The notes below the pieces were generated by a model. The model was given only the letters and a program-made list of their open reading frames with translations, was not told the DNA's origin and searched no databases. From an uncultured delta proteobacterium (GTDB lineage Bacteria; Desulfobacterota; Zymogenia; Zymogenales; Zymogenaceae): a stretch of 64,000 bases of DNA. This document shows, in pieces, positions 52,001 through 62,191 of the stretch. Both the position numbers and the translations under genes were made by a program. Location of the stretch: positions 35,949-99,948 of the forward strand of contig CAWBYW010000010.1 of NCBI GenBank assembly GCA_963792965.1, given 5' to 3'. Within the stretch, counting starts at the first letter, position 1; each line of letters starts with the position of its first letter.

Positions 52001-55000
52001 GAAAGCAGAAACATGGGCACTTTGGCCGGGGCATTGCCATGCGTCACCTGGGCCGAAGCCCACTCCAAGAGCCCCCGATGAGAGATGTGCCGGCGATAGA
52101 GGACCCGCGCAATGGCATCCAGCGCCAGCCAGGCCTGGTACGGAAGCAGCGCCGCTTCAACCAGCACCCGCAGCAGATCATGGGCTATTTTGGCGAGGGA
52201 GACGCCCCTGATGCCCTGAGCAGTGGTCGCCCAGGTGAAGGGCTGCGCCAGGGAGTGAAAGAACAGTTGCGTGGCGACCACGACGGTGGCGATCCACCCG
52301 GCCCGGGAGGAAATCAACCAGGAGGCCATCAGCAAAGCCAAGCTGGCTGCGGGCAGCAGGCTGCGGCGCAGGTTGTCGAAGATCTTCCAGCGATCGAACC
52401 AGGAGAGCGGGTTGGGTGCTCGCCCGCCGCCGGGTTGGGGAACGCGCGGCATGATCCAATCCGCGATCTGCCAATCGCCGCGAATCCAGCGGTGCTGCCG
52501 CTTGATGTAACTCAGGTAATCCTGCGGGAACTCATCATAAAGCTCGATATCGCTGGCCAGGCCCACCCGGACGTGAGCGCCTTCAATCAAATCATGGCTG
52601 AGGAGCCACGCCTCGGGGAACCTGCCGGAAAGCACCCGGCTGAAGGCGCGCACATCATAGATCCCTTTGCCGTGATAGGAGCCTTCCCCGGCCAGGTCCT
52701 GATAGACGTCGGAAACCGCATTGGTATAGGGATCGATGCCGACCGGGATCCGAAAAGAGCCGGCTGAACGGCGAACCGCTCGTGCTCGGCAGGGAAGGGC
52801 TGACGCGCGGCTGGATGATGGTGTAGCCGGACCGGACATGGCCTGCGCCATCAAAGCGCGCCCGGTTCAGCGGATGCGCCAGCGTCTCGATCATCCGGCG
52901 GGCGGTGTCGTGCGGCAATTGCGTATCGCTGTCCAGGGTGATGACGAACCTTACGTTGGCGAGTTGATCCGGATCGCCGACGTAAACCAGGCGCTCCGGC
53001 CTCGCGGGGCCGCGTGCCGTCGATCAGGCCGTTGAGCTCTTCCAGCTTCCCGCGTTTGCGCTCCCAACCGATGAATTTTTGCTCGGATTCGCACCATTTC
53101 CGCTCCCGGTGGAACAGGAAGAAACGCTCGCCGCCGTAGCGCTGATTGAGGGCTTCGATGCACGCTGGTCGCGGCCTGCAAGCAGGGCCGCATCCGATTC
53201 ACAATGGGCCTGCGGCGCATCCTTGTAATCCGAGTAAAGGCCAAAGAGCAGATTGGCCTCTTTGTTGGCGAGATAGCGGATCTCAAGCTTTTCCGCCTCG
53301 GCCTTGATCGTCTCCAGATCCACCAGCATCATGGGCACGACGACCAGCGTCCGGCAGGCGTCGGGAATCCCCGAAACCCTGAAATCCATCTTCGGCAGGA
53401 GGCGCGGCGGAAAGAGCCGCATCACCAGGTAATTCATGACCTCAAGCGAGAGCTGGCTCGCGGGGATGAGCAGGAGCGGGGCGATGAGAATCTGAATCCC
53501 GAGGGCATGTGCGCGCAGGCCAAGCAGGATGGGCAGGGAAATGAACACGGCGGAGAAAAAAGCGAGCCCGAGGAAGTATACCGCCGAATGATGACGATAA
53601 GCCCAGTGCAAGGCGCGGAAACGCAGCGACTCACGGCACCCGATGAGCTGCGCCAGATCCCCCCTTTTTTCGCCGATCAAATAGGTTCCGACGTGAATCG
53701 ACCGTTCATCTTCGGCCGGAATCGCGGCCGGCCTGGGTTGCCATTTCAATGGCGTGCCGGGCGACCTGTTCCTCTGCCAGGCCGGACCCGCGGTGGAGAT
53801 CCTCAATCGCCCGGCGATACCGGTCGCGCGTGGCGAAATCCATCCGGGGATAGATGCCGGCGGGATCCTGCCGCAGCGTCTGCTCCACCCGGCTGAGCTT
53901 TTCGAAGCATTCCTTCCAATCGAGCAGGGCGAGATGGCGCAAGCTGGTAAAGGCATTCCCAATGGATAGTTGATCCTTGGTCTGGCGGTTTTTCTCGCGC
54001 AGGCTGAGTTCGTTCAGGGATTTGTGGAAGGTGCGCTCCAGCCAGCTCTGTACCGGCGCCAGCGCGGCCCCTTCGTCATAAAGGTAATCGATCAGCTGCG
54101 CGGCGAAATAGGGGCTCGGGCTGGGTTGGGTTTCGGTCAGTTCCGCCATAATCGAGAAGAGCTGGTTGGGATCTCGCCGGTTGGCCGTAATAAGCCGGTT
54201 CGCCCAGAAATCGGCGATTTCACGTTCACGCAGTTCCGATAGGGCTCGTCCGGCGAACTGCTGGATGCCCTCGATAAGCACAGTGCGCAGCATCTGGGGA
54301 ACGGCCCAGAGTTCGCCGATCGAGAGCGGCTCGACGGATTGATAGGCCTCAATAAAGGCCAGGATGTTCTCCTGATCCAGGCGCAGGTCGGTGTGAGAGG
54401 CAAGTTCCCGCGCCAGGCCGTAGATGCGCGGCAGTCCCCGGTCGGGCTCGCTCGCAAGCGCCGGCAGCTGCCGGTAAAAACGCCGGGGCAGGTTCAGCCG
54501 AACGTCGCGGGCGTTGCTTTCAAGGATATATTCATTGTCGAGGAGCCATTCGGCGGTCGGCGGCACGCTCTGTTCCAGGCGACTCGCTTCGGAGAGATCC
54601 AGGCATGCTTGCTGGATCCACCTGAGACCCCGATCGAGCCGCTTGAGAAGTTTGATGTTCCGGAGCGGTTTTGGATCCACCTGGTGGTCAGTGGCCAGAC
54701 GCCGGGCATGCTCCTGAAGCTGCGCCGGATTGAGTGGCGTTCCAAGGCTCCAATCCTCTCCGACGGGGCTCTCGCGCCTGGGATGCAGGACGAAGATCAC
54801 GGGTGGGATCTCGCCGCTTTCCAGCAAAGCGGTCATGGGGAGCGCGCAAGGTTTCGATCGGCGCCTGGAGAATCAGGACGGTCTCCCCGGAGTCAAGCCA
54901 GCGCGCGTGATCCTCAAGCAGCCCTCGCTCGACTCCGAACCTCGATCGCCGGATCCAGGTCAAGCTGAGCAGGGTTCCGATGAGTCCACCCACCAGGGCC

Positions 55001-55271
55001 GACAAAAGGGCGGAAGCCAAATCCGGCTGGAATCGCCCCCGGCCACTGAAGGCTCATGGAGGCCGCCGCGGCAAGAGCCCCGAACAGAATGAACGCCAAG
55101 ACTGCCCAGAAAACCCGGCGCCAGCGGAAGGGATCCCGTATCCGGACCTCTCCCTCCGCGCTCTTGCTCACCCACGCGACACGGCGGCAACCCTTCCTGC
55201 TGCAATATCCTGAAGGCTTCGCGTGCTTCATCGCGTTTGATGAAATATGCAATGAGGGTGCCTGTTTTCAT
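46033..55271 (-). pseudogene. Cyclic beta-1,2-glucan synthase Cgs/NdvB (GT84 + GH94), split into about 20 ORF pieces
   Basis: [102 protein letters not shown]. Confidence 0.88.
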
Positions 55272-55611
55272 CCGATATCCTTGGTTCGGTACAGAAGAAT
55301 TCCGATTATGATAGAATCTCCTAAACGGGGAAAATATCCATTATCTGTCCTACCCCAATTAACAATACCAGTGTTTAAGTCAGTCAAAAGGCATCTTCTT
55401 GTATTTCGCCTTCCGCATCCAGCGTTTCACGCCGTTTTCGCTTTCATCTCAGAATACCTACCAGATTATCCAGCGACCTGTAATGTGATGCGTTTCCCTA
55501 TATCAAAGATATGGATAAGATACGGATAGTGTTGACAGGTGATGTGAATTCCTGCAATAACAATATGTATTGAACGGCCGGAATTATACATCAGAAGGCG
55601 CCGGGCAAGGA

Positions 55612-56871
55612 TTACGCCCGATATGATTCGTCGGCCGGGTGAGGCCCATCACCCGCTGCGTCTTCCTGCAATATGAATTCATATACAATTTTCAATACTG
55701 CCTCAACGATGCCGGGCTCAATTTTATCCACTGTATCGTCCATTGTGTGGTAGACCATTCCTTCCCTGATATAATGAGTGGACAGACCGAGGATACACGT
55801 CGCATCAATTCCTATCCTCGCAAATTCGGCTGCATCCGTTGCCCCTCCTCCAAAGGCAATCGGAACAGTGGTCAGGGCATAACCTAATCGCCCGGCGATA
55901 TGTCGGCATTCTTCCGCAAGCCGGCGAGATGTTTTCATAAATCCGTTAATCTCGCTCGTGAGGCATTTCAGTTCCCGCAGAGTATATAGAGAATCGATAT
56001 TAAGGACGGATGTAGGCGTGTGTAGTAATTCATTTCTATTTTTTTTCACGTAGGCCCGCGCACCGCGGAGACCCTCTTCCTCCGCATCGGTGCTTAACAA
56101 TACCAGCTTTGTAGACCTGAGCAGCGGTCTCCCTTGCTTTTTCGCAGATCCGAATATCCCGGCGATCCGCCACAATATTGCCGTTGCGATCAGGTTATCA
56201 CCTGCGCCCGGAACAACTGCCTTGTTGATAAAGAAGTAGAATGGAAGCGCCACAAGCAATCCGACCGCGAGGGCCGCATTCAGACAGGGTGTATTCACAT
56301 AATCGTTGTAACCTGCAATGAAGAAAGCGCCCCGGATGAAAACCATGAATCCGAGACCAAATACACCTATCAACCCTACTAAGATCCGGATTGAATACCA
56401 TTTCTGCAGGTGCACCAGGAAATTGAATACATTGGCGCTGTCATGGTGCCCGATAATGATTACCTGTCGTGTAATTTCATCCCGGGGCAGAATCACACCT
56501 GAAACGTTCCAGCCCCTGGATTTTTTGTAAAATGGGTCGAATATTTCCTTGTAGAATACGAATTCGCCTACGGCACTGAACAAGCATAGAACATATATAA
56601 TCATGGCTGGAATAAGCCAGTATCCACCGATAAAAGCGGAGAGAGTCATTATGGCGTATCCAACCGCTAGAAATTTCATAAACCCTGTGAAGGCTCCGCT
56701 ATGGAAATCAAAACCCTCCAAAAAAACTTCATCACAGGATTCCGATAACCGGTCACGGATTTCAGTCGCGCTTTCTTGGCATGCTTTTGTTCCCGCGAGT
56801 CTGGGCCCGTGTCTTTCGATTATACCCCTCACGAATTGAAGGCATTCAATTGCCGCTCCGGTAAAATCCAT
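55612..56871 (-). CDS. M28 family metallopeptidase, membrane-embedded
   Basis: GPRLAGT, GHHDS, GAGDN, AEEEGLRG, TDA, YHTMDD. Confidence 0.85.
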   Translation of the reverse strand: MDFTGAAIECLQFVRGIIERHGPRLAGTKACQESATEIRDRLSESCDEVFLEGFDFHSGAFTGFMKFLAVGYAIMTLSAFIGGYWLIPAMIIYVLCLFSAVGEFVFYKEIFDPFYKKSRGWNVSGVILPRDEITRQVIIIGHHDSANVFNFLVHLQKWYSIRILVGLIGVFGLGFMVFIRGAFFIAGYNDYVNTPCLNAALAVGLLVALPFYFFINKAVVPGAGDNLIATAILWRIAGIFGSAKKQGRPLLRSTKLVLLSTDAEEEGLRGARAYVKKNRNELLHTPTSVLNIDSLYTLRELKCLTSEINGFMKTSRRLAEECRHIAGRLGYALTTVPIAFGGGATDAAEFARIGIDATCILGLSTHYIREGMVYHTMDDTVDKIEPGIVEAVLKIVYEFILQEDAAGDGPHPADESYRA

Positions 56872-57090
56872 GACATTCTTCCTATTATTTCAGTTCAAAA
56901 TCGGATGTACTTGCATCCGTCCAAATATTATAATTTGATTTATCGGCGAAGCAATATGTTACGGACATTATTCTATTCTATTCACTGCAGTTTTAATCCC
57001 TTCGACATGAATATGACTAAAATGGGTCCAGAGATGATGCACGCCAGATTGATAAATCCGTTCATTATTCCTTCAGCCAGATCGATAGAG

Positions 57091-57335
57091 TGACCCGCCC
57101 CCATTAACGATACTAATGTTTAAGTTTGTCCATAGGCATACGTTTCTTTTTGAGCTCCAGAAGACCGGGGAAATATGGCTTCATGAGCCGGCGGACAGTA
57201 GCCAAGAAAACTGTGTAGTCTGATGGTGTTGCACTCCTGTCGCCACTTCTCCGTCAAGACCTTAGCTTCTATCACTATATCAAGACTCTCACCATTGAGC
57301 AACTCATCCCTGAACTTCCCGTTGAAATACTCTCG
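57091..57335 (-). mobile_element. IS3-family remnant (transposase C-terminus and right inverted repeat)
   Basis: EYFNGKFRDELLNGE..IEAKVLTEKWRQECNTIRLHSFLGYCPPA; end TGACCCGCCCCCATTAACGATACTA at 57091. Confidence 0.85.
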
Positions 57336-57388
57336 TATAATGTCAATAGAATTTAGAGTATTGAGACTAATAGAGACGTTCTATAGAC

Positions 57389-57424
57389 TTACCATCCAAA
57401 TGCCTCGGTATACTCCTCCCGAGA
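57389..57424 (-). pseudogene. Last codons of a recombinase homologous to 43423-43602
   Basis: REEYTEAFGW* vs REEYTEAFRW*; DNA TTACCATC.AAA.GCCTC.GTATACTCCTCCC shared. Confidence 0.7.
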
Positions 57425-57504
57425 CACATGTTCGTAATTCCGGCTCCAGACAAAAATAAAGGGCTTCGCCCCGTTGCAAAACCCCTTGAACTGATTGGTA
57501 TTTT

Positions 57505-57592
57505 TGGTGCCGGAGGTGGGAATCGAACCCACACGACCGCGAGGGTCGGGGGATTTTGAGTCCCCTGCGTCTACCAATTTCACCACTCCGGC
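57505..57592 (-). tRNA. tRNA-Leu(CAA)
   Basis: Canonical cloverleaf, GGGGA-CTCAAAA-TCCCC anticodon arm, long variable arm, GTTCGATTC, CCA. Confidence 0.97.
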
Positions 57593-57601
57593 ACGAGAGC
57601 G

Positions 57602-57631
57602 ATTATAGGGTAATGGAGCAAGATGTGTCAA
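57602..57631 (-). promoter_or_regulatory. sigma70 promoter of tRNA-Leu
   Basis: TTGACA-N18-TATAAT on the minus strand, 9 nt before the tRNA. Confidence 0.75.
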
Positions 57632-57713
57632 GAAAAATGGGGGCCGGTTGGTTGAAGCCGCCGACCCGTGAAAAGGAGATATAATGAGCGTCGAGGAGCT
57701 CCATGCAAATCCA

Positions 57714-57742
57714 TTGAAATATCTTGACACCGTTTTTATAGT
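57714..57742 (+). promoter_or_regulatory. sigma70 promoter of tRNA-Ala
   Basis: TTGAAA-N17-TATAGT. Confidence 0.55.
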
Positions 57743-57764
57743 ATGCTAAAAAACTTTGATACAT

Positions 57765-57840
57765 GGGGCTGTAGCTCAGCTGGGAGAGCGCATGACTGGC
57801 AGTCATGAGGTCATCGGTTCGATCCCGTTCAGCTCCACCA
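57765..57840 (+). tRNA. tRNA-Ala(GGC)
   Basis: GGGGCTG acceptor with G3-U70, CATGA-CTGGCAG-TCATG anticodon arm, GTTCGATC, CCA. Confidence 0.97.
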
Positions 57841-57854
57841 AGAATATTAAGGGG

Positions 57855-58090
57855 TTACGAGGATGCTCGTGACCCTTTTTGCTTTTGTGTCCAAATAGCA
57901 CCCAACTTCCGCACCGCACTCTGCTTGTGCTCCTCGGAGAGGTGTGCGTACTTCATAGTTATCTTCATCGACCGGTGACCCAAAAGCTCTTGAACGGTTT
58001 TCAATCCGACAACCCCCCCATGACGAGATGGGACGCGAAGTTATGCCGTAAATCATGGAAGGTGAAGTCAGCTATTCCAGCCCCTTTCAA
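57855..58090 (-). pseudogene. Phage-type tyrosine integrase C-terminal remnant
   Basis: Manual translation AGIADFTFHDLRHNFASHLVMGG / LKTVQELLGHRSMKITMKYAHLSEEHKQSAVRKL with one frameshift at a G run. Confidence 0.88.
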
Positions 58091-58404
58091 AGCTGAAGCG
58101 TTGTCCCCACACACGTAGGCGTGAACCTTGCTTTCCGTCGGATACCTACGAAAAAGGAATTCGAAACGTCGGAACGGGTGACCGGATGCAAACAGGCTGT
58201 TAAGCGAGGCGGCGTGTTAAGCCCAGAATAGGAGAATCTGTATAGGATATTCGCGGGCGTCGGAGGAAACCGTCAGGGTTGCGCCATACCCTCTGTTTTC
58301 CTTCTCTAACCGCAGAACCCAACCTCATGTCACTGTCTGCGCCCTATGGCCGGCCTTACAGGTACCGGCGGGTCGACTAACCACCGTCAGAGGGGAGAAA
58401 GGGC

Positions 58405-58433
58405 TTGACAAAGCTGGACGCCGGCAATATAAT
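58405..58433 (+). promoter_or_regulatory. Consensus sigma70 promoter of the MarR gene
   Basis: TTGACA-N17-TATAAT; ATG follows after 6 nt. Confidence 0.8.
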
Positions 58434-58439
58434 TAGCTT

Positions 58440-58937
58440 ATGAAACTGTTTAATCATGCAAGTAATATCCCGAACCATGAAACGGAATGCGCGAGCCAGC
58501 TGCTGGACACCGTTCCCTTGTTGATGCGTGTGTTGCGTCAGGAGGTCCGCAGTCGCCGGCCAGAGGGACTTTCGGTGCCGCAATTCCGCGTGCTGATCTT
58601 TTTAGGCCGTCATCCCGGGGTCACCTTGTCCGAGGTCACCAATCACATCGGCCTCACCCGGCCTACCTTGTCGAAAATGGTGGACGTGCTGGTTCGGCAC
58701 GGCTGGGTCTCGCGCGAGACTGCGGCCACGGACCGCCGGTGCCTGCAATTGCAGCTCACGGAAGAGGGCCTGGCGCTCGTCAATGACGTTCGGGAACGAA
58801 CCCGTCGCCAGCTGGACGAGCGTTTGCGTTTCCTCTCGAACGAAGACCGGGCAGCCATTGCCCGCGCACTGGCGCTGCTGCGCGCCGTTTTCGCGCCCGA
58901 GGGGCAATCCGATGAGGAGGTTCTGCACCGACCATGA
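58440..58937 (+). CDS. MarR family transcriptional regulator
   Basis: LSVPQFRVL..L...TLSKMVD.LV..GWV.R....DRR...L.LT..G. Confidence 0.92.
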   Translation: MKLFNHASNIPNHETECASQLLDTVPLLMRVLRQEVRSRRPEGLSVPQFRVLIFLGRHPGVTLSEVTNHIGLTRPTLSKMVDVLVRHGWVSRETAATDRRCLQLQLTEEGLALVNDVRERTRRQLDERLRFLSNEDRAAIARALALLRAVFAPEGQSDEEVLHRP

Positions 58938-59728
58938 GCATTTTACAGACCGACCAGTTGACCCGCTGTTTTGGCCCCTTGACCGCGGTCAAGGACTTGA
59001 GCATCACCGTCGACGAGCGCGAAGTATTCGGCCTGCTGGGACCAAATGGAGCCGGCAAGAGCACGATCATCAAGATGTTGACGACGCTGTTGCCGCCCAC
59101 CCGAGGCACGGCGCACATCTGCGACCTCGACATCCGCAGCCAATCGGCCCGGGTGCGCCGTATCATCGGCTACGTTCCCCAGGCAATCTCGGCCGACGGT
59201 TCGCTGACCGGCTATGAAAACCTGGCCATTTTCGCTCAGCTTTACGACATACCGCGTCGGGTGCGCAAGACCCTTGTCCGCGAGGCACTCGCATTCATGG
59301 GCCTGAGCGACGCGGCCCACAAACTGGTACGGACCTATTCGGGGGGGATGATCCGGCGCCTGGAGATTGCCCAGTCCATGCTACACCGCCCACGGCTGCT
59401 GTTTCTGGACGAGCCCACCATCGGGCTTGATCCGCTGGCCCGCGGGATGGTCTCGCAGCTTATCCTTCAACTGCGCGAAGAATTCGGCATGACCATCTTT
59501 CTGACCACCCATTTCATGGAAGAAGCCGACAGCCTATGCACGCGGGTCGCGATCATGAACGCCGGGGAGGTGGCGGTGCTGGGCTCGCCGGCCGAACTCA
59601 AAGCGTCTATTCCTCGGCCCGCGGCCACGCTGGATGACGTTTTCATTCACTACACGGGCGGGCAATTGGAAAGGGGGGGCTACCGTGAAACGGCAAGAAC
59701 ACGGCGCTCGTTGGGCCGGCTGGGCTGA
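58934..59728 (+). CDS. ABC-2 exporter ATP-binding protein (DrrA-like)
   Basis: GPNGAGKST, YSGGM, LFLDEPT, TTH. Confidence 0.92.
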   Translation: MSILQTDQLTRCFGPLTAVKDLSITVDEREVFGLLGPNGAGKSTIIKMLTTLLPPTRGTAHICDLDIRSQSARVRRIIGYVPQAISADGSLTGYENLAIFAQLYDIPRRVRKTLVREALAFMGLSDAAHKLVRTYSGGMIRRLEIAQSMLHRPRLLFLDEPTIGLDPLARGMVSQLILQLREEFGMTIFLTTHFMEEADSLCTRVAIMNAGEVAVLGSPAELKASIPRPAATLDDVFIHYTGGQLERGGYRETARTRRSLGRLG

Positions 59729-60535
59729 TGAACCGCCCGCCCGCGGATGGGGGATATGGCGCGGGGCGATTCGCTTCATCCAGAAAACGCTGGTCATGGC
59801 CCGCCTGGAGGTCATACGGATCCGGCACGACCCTACCGAACTGTTCACGCGCGCCGTGCAGCCGGCCCTTTGGCTGCTGGTTTTCGGTGAGGTGATGACC
59901 CGCCTGCGCGCGCTCCCTACCGGGCCGTTGCGCTACATAGACTTCATGACACCGGGCATCCTGGCCCAGAGCATTCTCTTCATTGCCATCTTCTACGGCA
60001 TCGCCATCATTTGGGAGCGGGATCTGGGCATCGTGCACAAGTTCCTCGTCAGCCCCACCCCGCGGGCAGCCTTGGTGCCGGCAAGGCCCTCTCGGCGGGC
60101 GTGCGCGGGCTCTCCCAGGTCGTGATTATATACTTGCTGGCCCTCCTTTTGAGCGTCAGGCTGGACTGGCGATTGCCTAACCTTGTCGCCGTCGTGCTGG
60201 TGGTCGTGCTGGGGGCCTCCTTTTTTTCAACATTTTCGCTGATCATCGCCTGCCTGGTCAAGACCCGCGAGCGATTCATGGGCATCGGCCAGGTGCTGAC
60301 CATGCCGCTGTTTTTTGCAAGCAACGCCATTTACCCCATTGCCCTCATGCCGAACTGGCTGAAGGTGGTCTCTCAACTCAATCCGCTCACCTATGAAGTG
60401 GATGCCTTGCGCGACCTGATGGTGGTTGGAGGCGCCACGAGTTTCGGTCTGGTTCAGGATTTCGCGGTCCTGATTCTGACCACGGCGGTCGCGATCGCCA
60501 TCGGGGCCTGGCTCTATCCGCGGGTCGTGCGCTAA
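59725..60535 (+). CDS. ABC-2 permease (DrrB-like), frameshift near 60078; start uncertain
   Basis: QPALWLLVFG, Y.DFMTPGI, WERD.G; PLFFASNAIYP..MP.WL...NPLTY.VDALR. Confidence 0.85.
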
Positions 60536-60964
60536 GCGGCTGCGAATCAGCCCATGGTAGCGCGAAGACGGTCACGTCAACGTTCCCCGGCGGGCGGGGA
60601 ACAGGTCGGCGTCGCTATCCGTCGTTCTCCTCTCCCGTGATAGAGAATGAGGTCGTCTACACAGGTAGCGATGACAATAACATCTACGCGCACAGCTTTG
60701 AAAGGTCTCTGTCCTTCGGGATTACCTTCGAGGAGATATAATCTAAAAGCTTCTCAACGTTTTTCATTTAAATACCGTTTTTCTCCACAAATTAATGAAG
60801 GATTTCCAGGAAAGTCTTGTTTAAGTAGACAGACCTCCTGAAGAAACGGCGCGATATCTCGGTTAACGCGTCACGTCATATAAGGATTTCGCAGACAAAC
60901 CGTGCGGAATGAAAATCGCTAACTTTAAGATTCGGACCCTCCGAAACTCTACGAGTCCGCCGTA

Positions 60965-61182
60965 ATGAAAAGAATCGTCCCGGTTATCCTTATCGTCTTG
61001 TGCGGCGCCATATCCCTGACCGTCGGGGACGCGGCGCCCGACGCTATACGCCAGCCGACGGCACGGCCCTAGCCAATCCCAACTATATTAACGCGATACA
61101 TTCCTATCTGGAGGCGGCGTTCCGGCAGGAGAAACTGACGGGAGGGGTCTCCGCTTTGGAGAGATACGGAGACGCTACGTGA
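60965..61182 (+). pseudogene. Internally deleted TolC-like outer-membrane efflux gene
   Basis: Signal peptide MKRIVPVILIVLCG.. joined to A..NYINAIHSYLEA...EKLTG (TolC-like C-terminus); precedes MFP and RND genes. Confidence 0.5.
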
Positions 61183-61247
61183 GATACGTCCCGGCGCGCC
61201 CTCATCGATGAGGGCGCATCGATAGCACTTAAGGAAGAGGAGTAACG

Positions 61248-62169
61248 GTGGTAACGATACGAAAACCGGCCATGATCGCCATCGTCTCGGCGATCGTTCT
61301 TGTCGTTCTGATTATCATCGGCGTCAGGCTTTTTCAAGCGCACCATTTCAGGAAGCCCATGGTACGAGAGACCATGAAAGTTCCCGTGACCGTGGAGCCG
61401 GCCGTTAAAGGTGAAATCCTCAAGACCATCGTCTATCCCGGCGAGCTTCACGCACAGCGGGAGGCGACGGTATATTCACCGGTGGCCGGGAGGATCATCC
61501 GATATTACTACCGGGAGGGAGCCACCGTCACTAAGGGAGCGACCATCGCGGCTCTGGATAGGGAGGAAAAGTGGAGCGAATATAAGCCCGTCATTATCGA
61601 CGCCCCGATATCGGGAAGAATGGCCGAAGTTTACTTAGAGGCGGGTGCTTACGTCACGGCCACGACACCTTTGTGCCTTGTCATCGAGGACGGCCCCATC
61701 CGCGCCACCCTGCGCGTCCCCGATCCTGATCTCCGCTCCATCCGCCCCGGCATGGAGACGCTCCTGACCGTCCCGAACATCGAGGGAAAAACCTTTACCG
61801 GGACCGTGACCTATGTAACCCCGTTTATCGACTCGGAAACCAGGACGGGAGAGATTCAGGCCGAGTTCTCTAACAATGACTCATCCCTGCTTACCGGGCA
61901 TGTACGGAAACGTTACCATTGTCCTTGACAAGAAGGAAGACACGCTGGTAATCCCGCTCTCCGCCCTCCTCTATGAGGAAAAGACGAACAAACCATACGT
62001 ATATGTCATAACCGACGATCACGCCGTAAAGAAATCCGTCGAAACGGGAATTACGGGGCTGGACAGGATCCAGATTCTTTCCGGGATCGCCGTGGGCGAC
62101 CGCGTCGTGATCACCGGGAAAGAAAATCTCTCTGCGGGGACCCCCGCCGTCGTGGTGAAAGATAACTGA
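61248..62169 (+). CDS. RND efflux membrane fusion protein, frameshift near 61890
   Basis: V.SPVAGRI, I.APISG, P.IDSETRT, LPGMY, IPLSAL, V.TG, GDRVVI.G. Confidence 0.85.
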
Positions 62170-62191
62170 TGTAAGAAAACCGGAGCAGCCC

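Larger units (their letters stand above)
45689..57571. mobile_element. Decayed genomic island at tRNA-Leu(CAA), about 11.8 kb
   Basis: 66-bp tRNA-Leu 3' duplicate 45689-45754 vs 57505-57571; end module; IS3 and recombinase remnants. Confidence 0.88.

Noticed and set aside
46033-55271. Programmed frameshifting or an alternative genetic code in cgs
   Set aside because: Breaks are irregular frame changes with no shared slippery motif; core genes use the standard code
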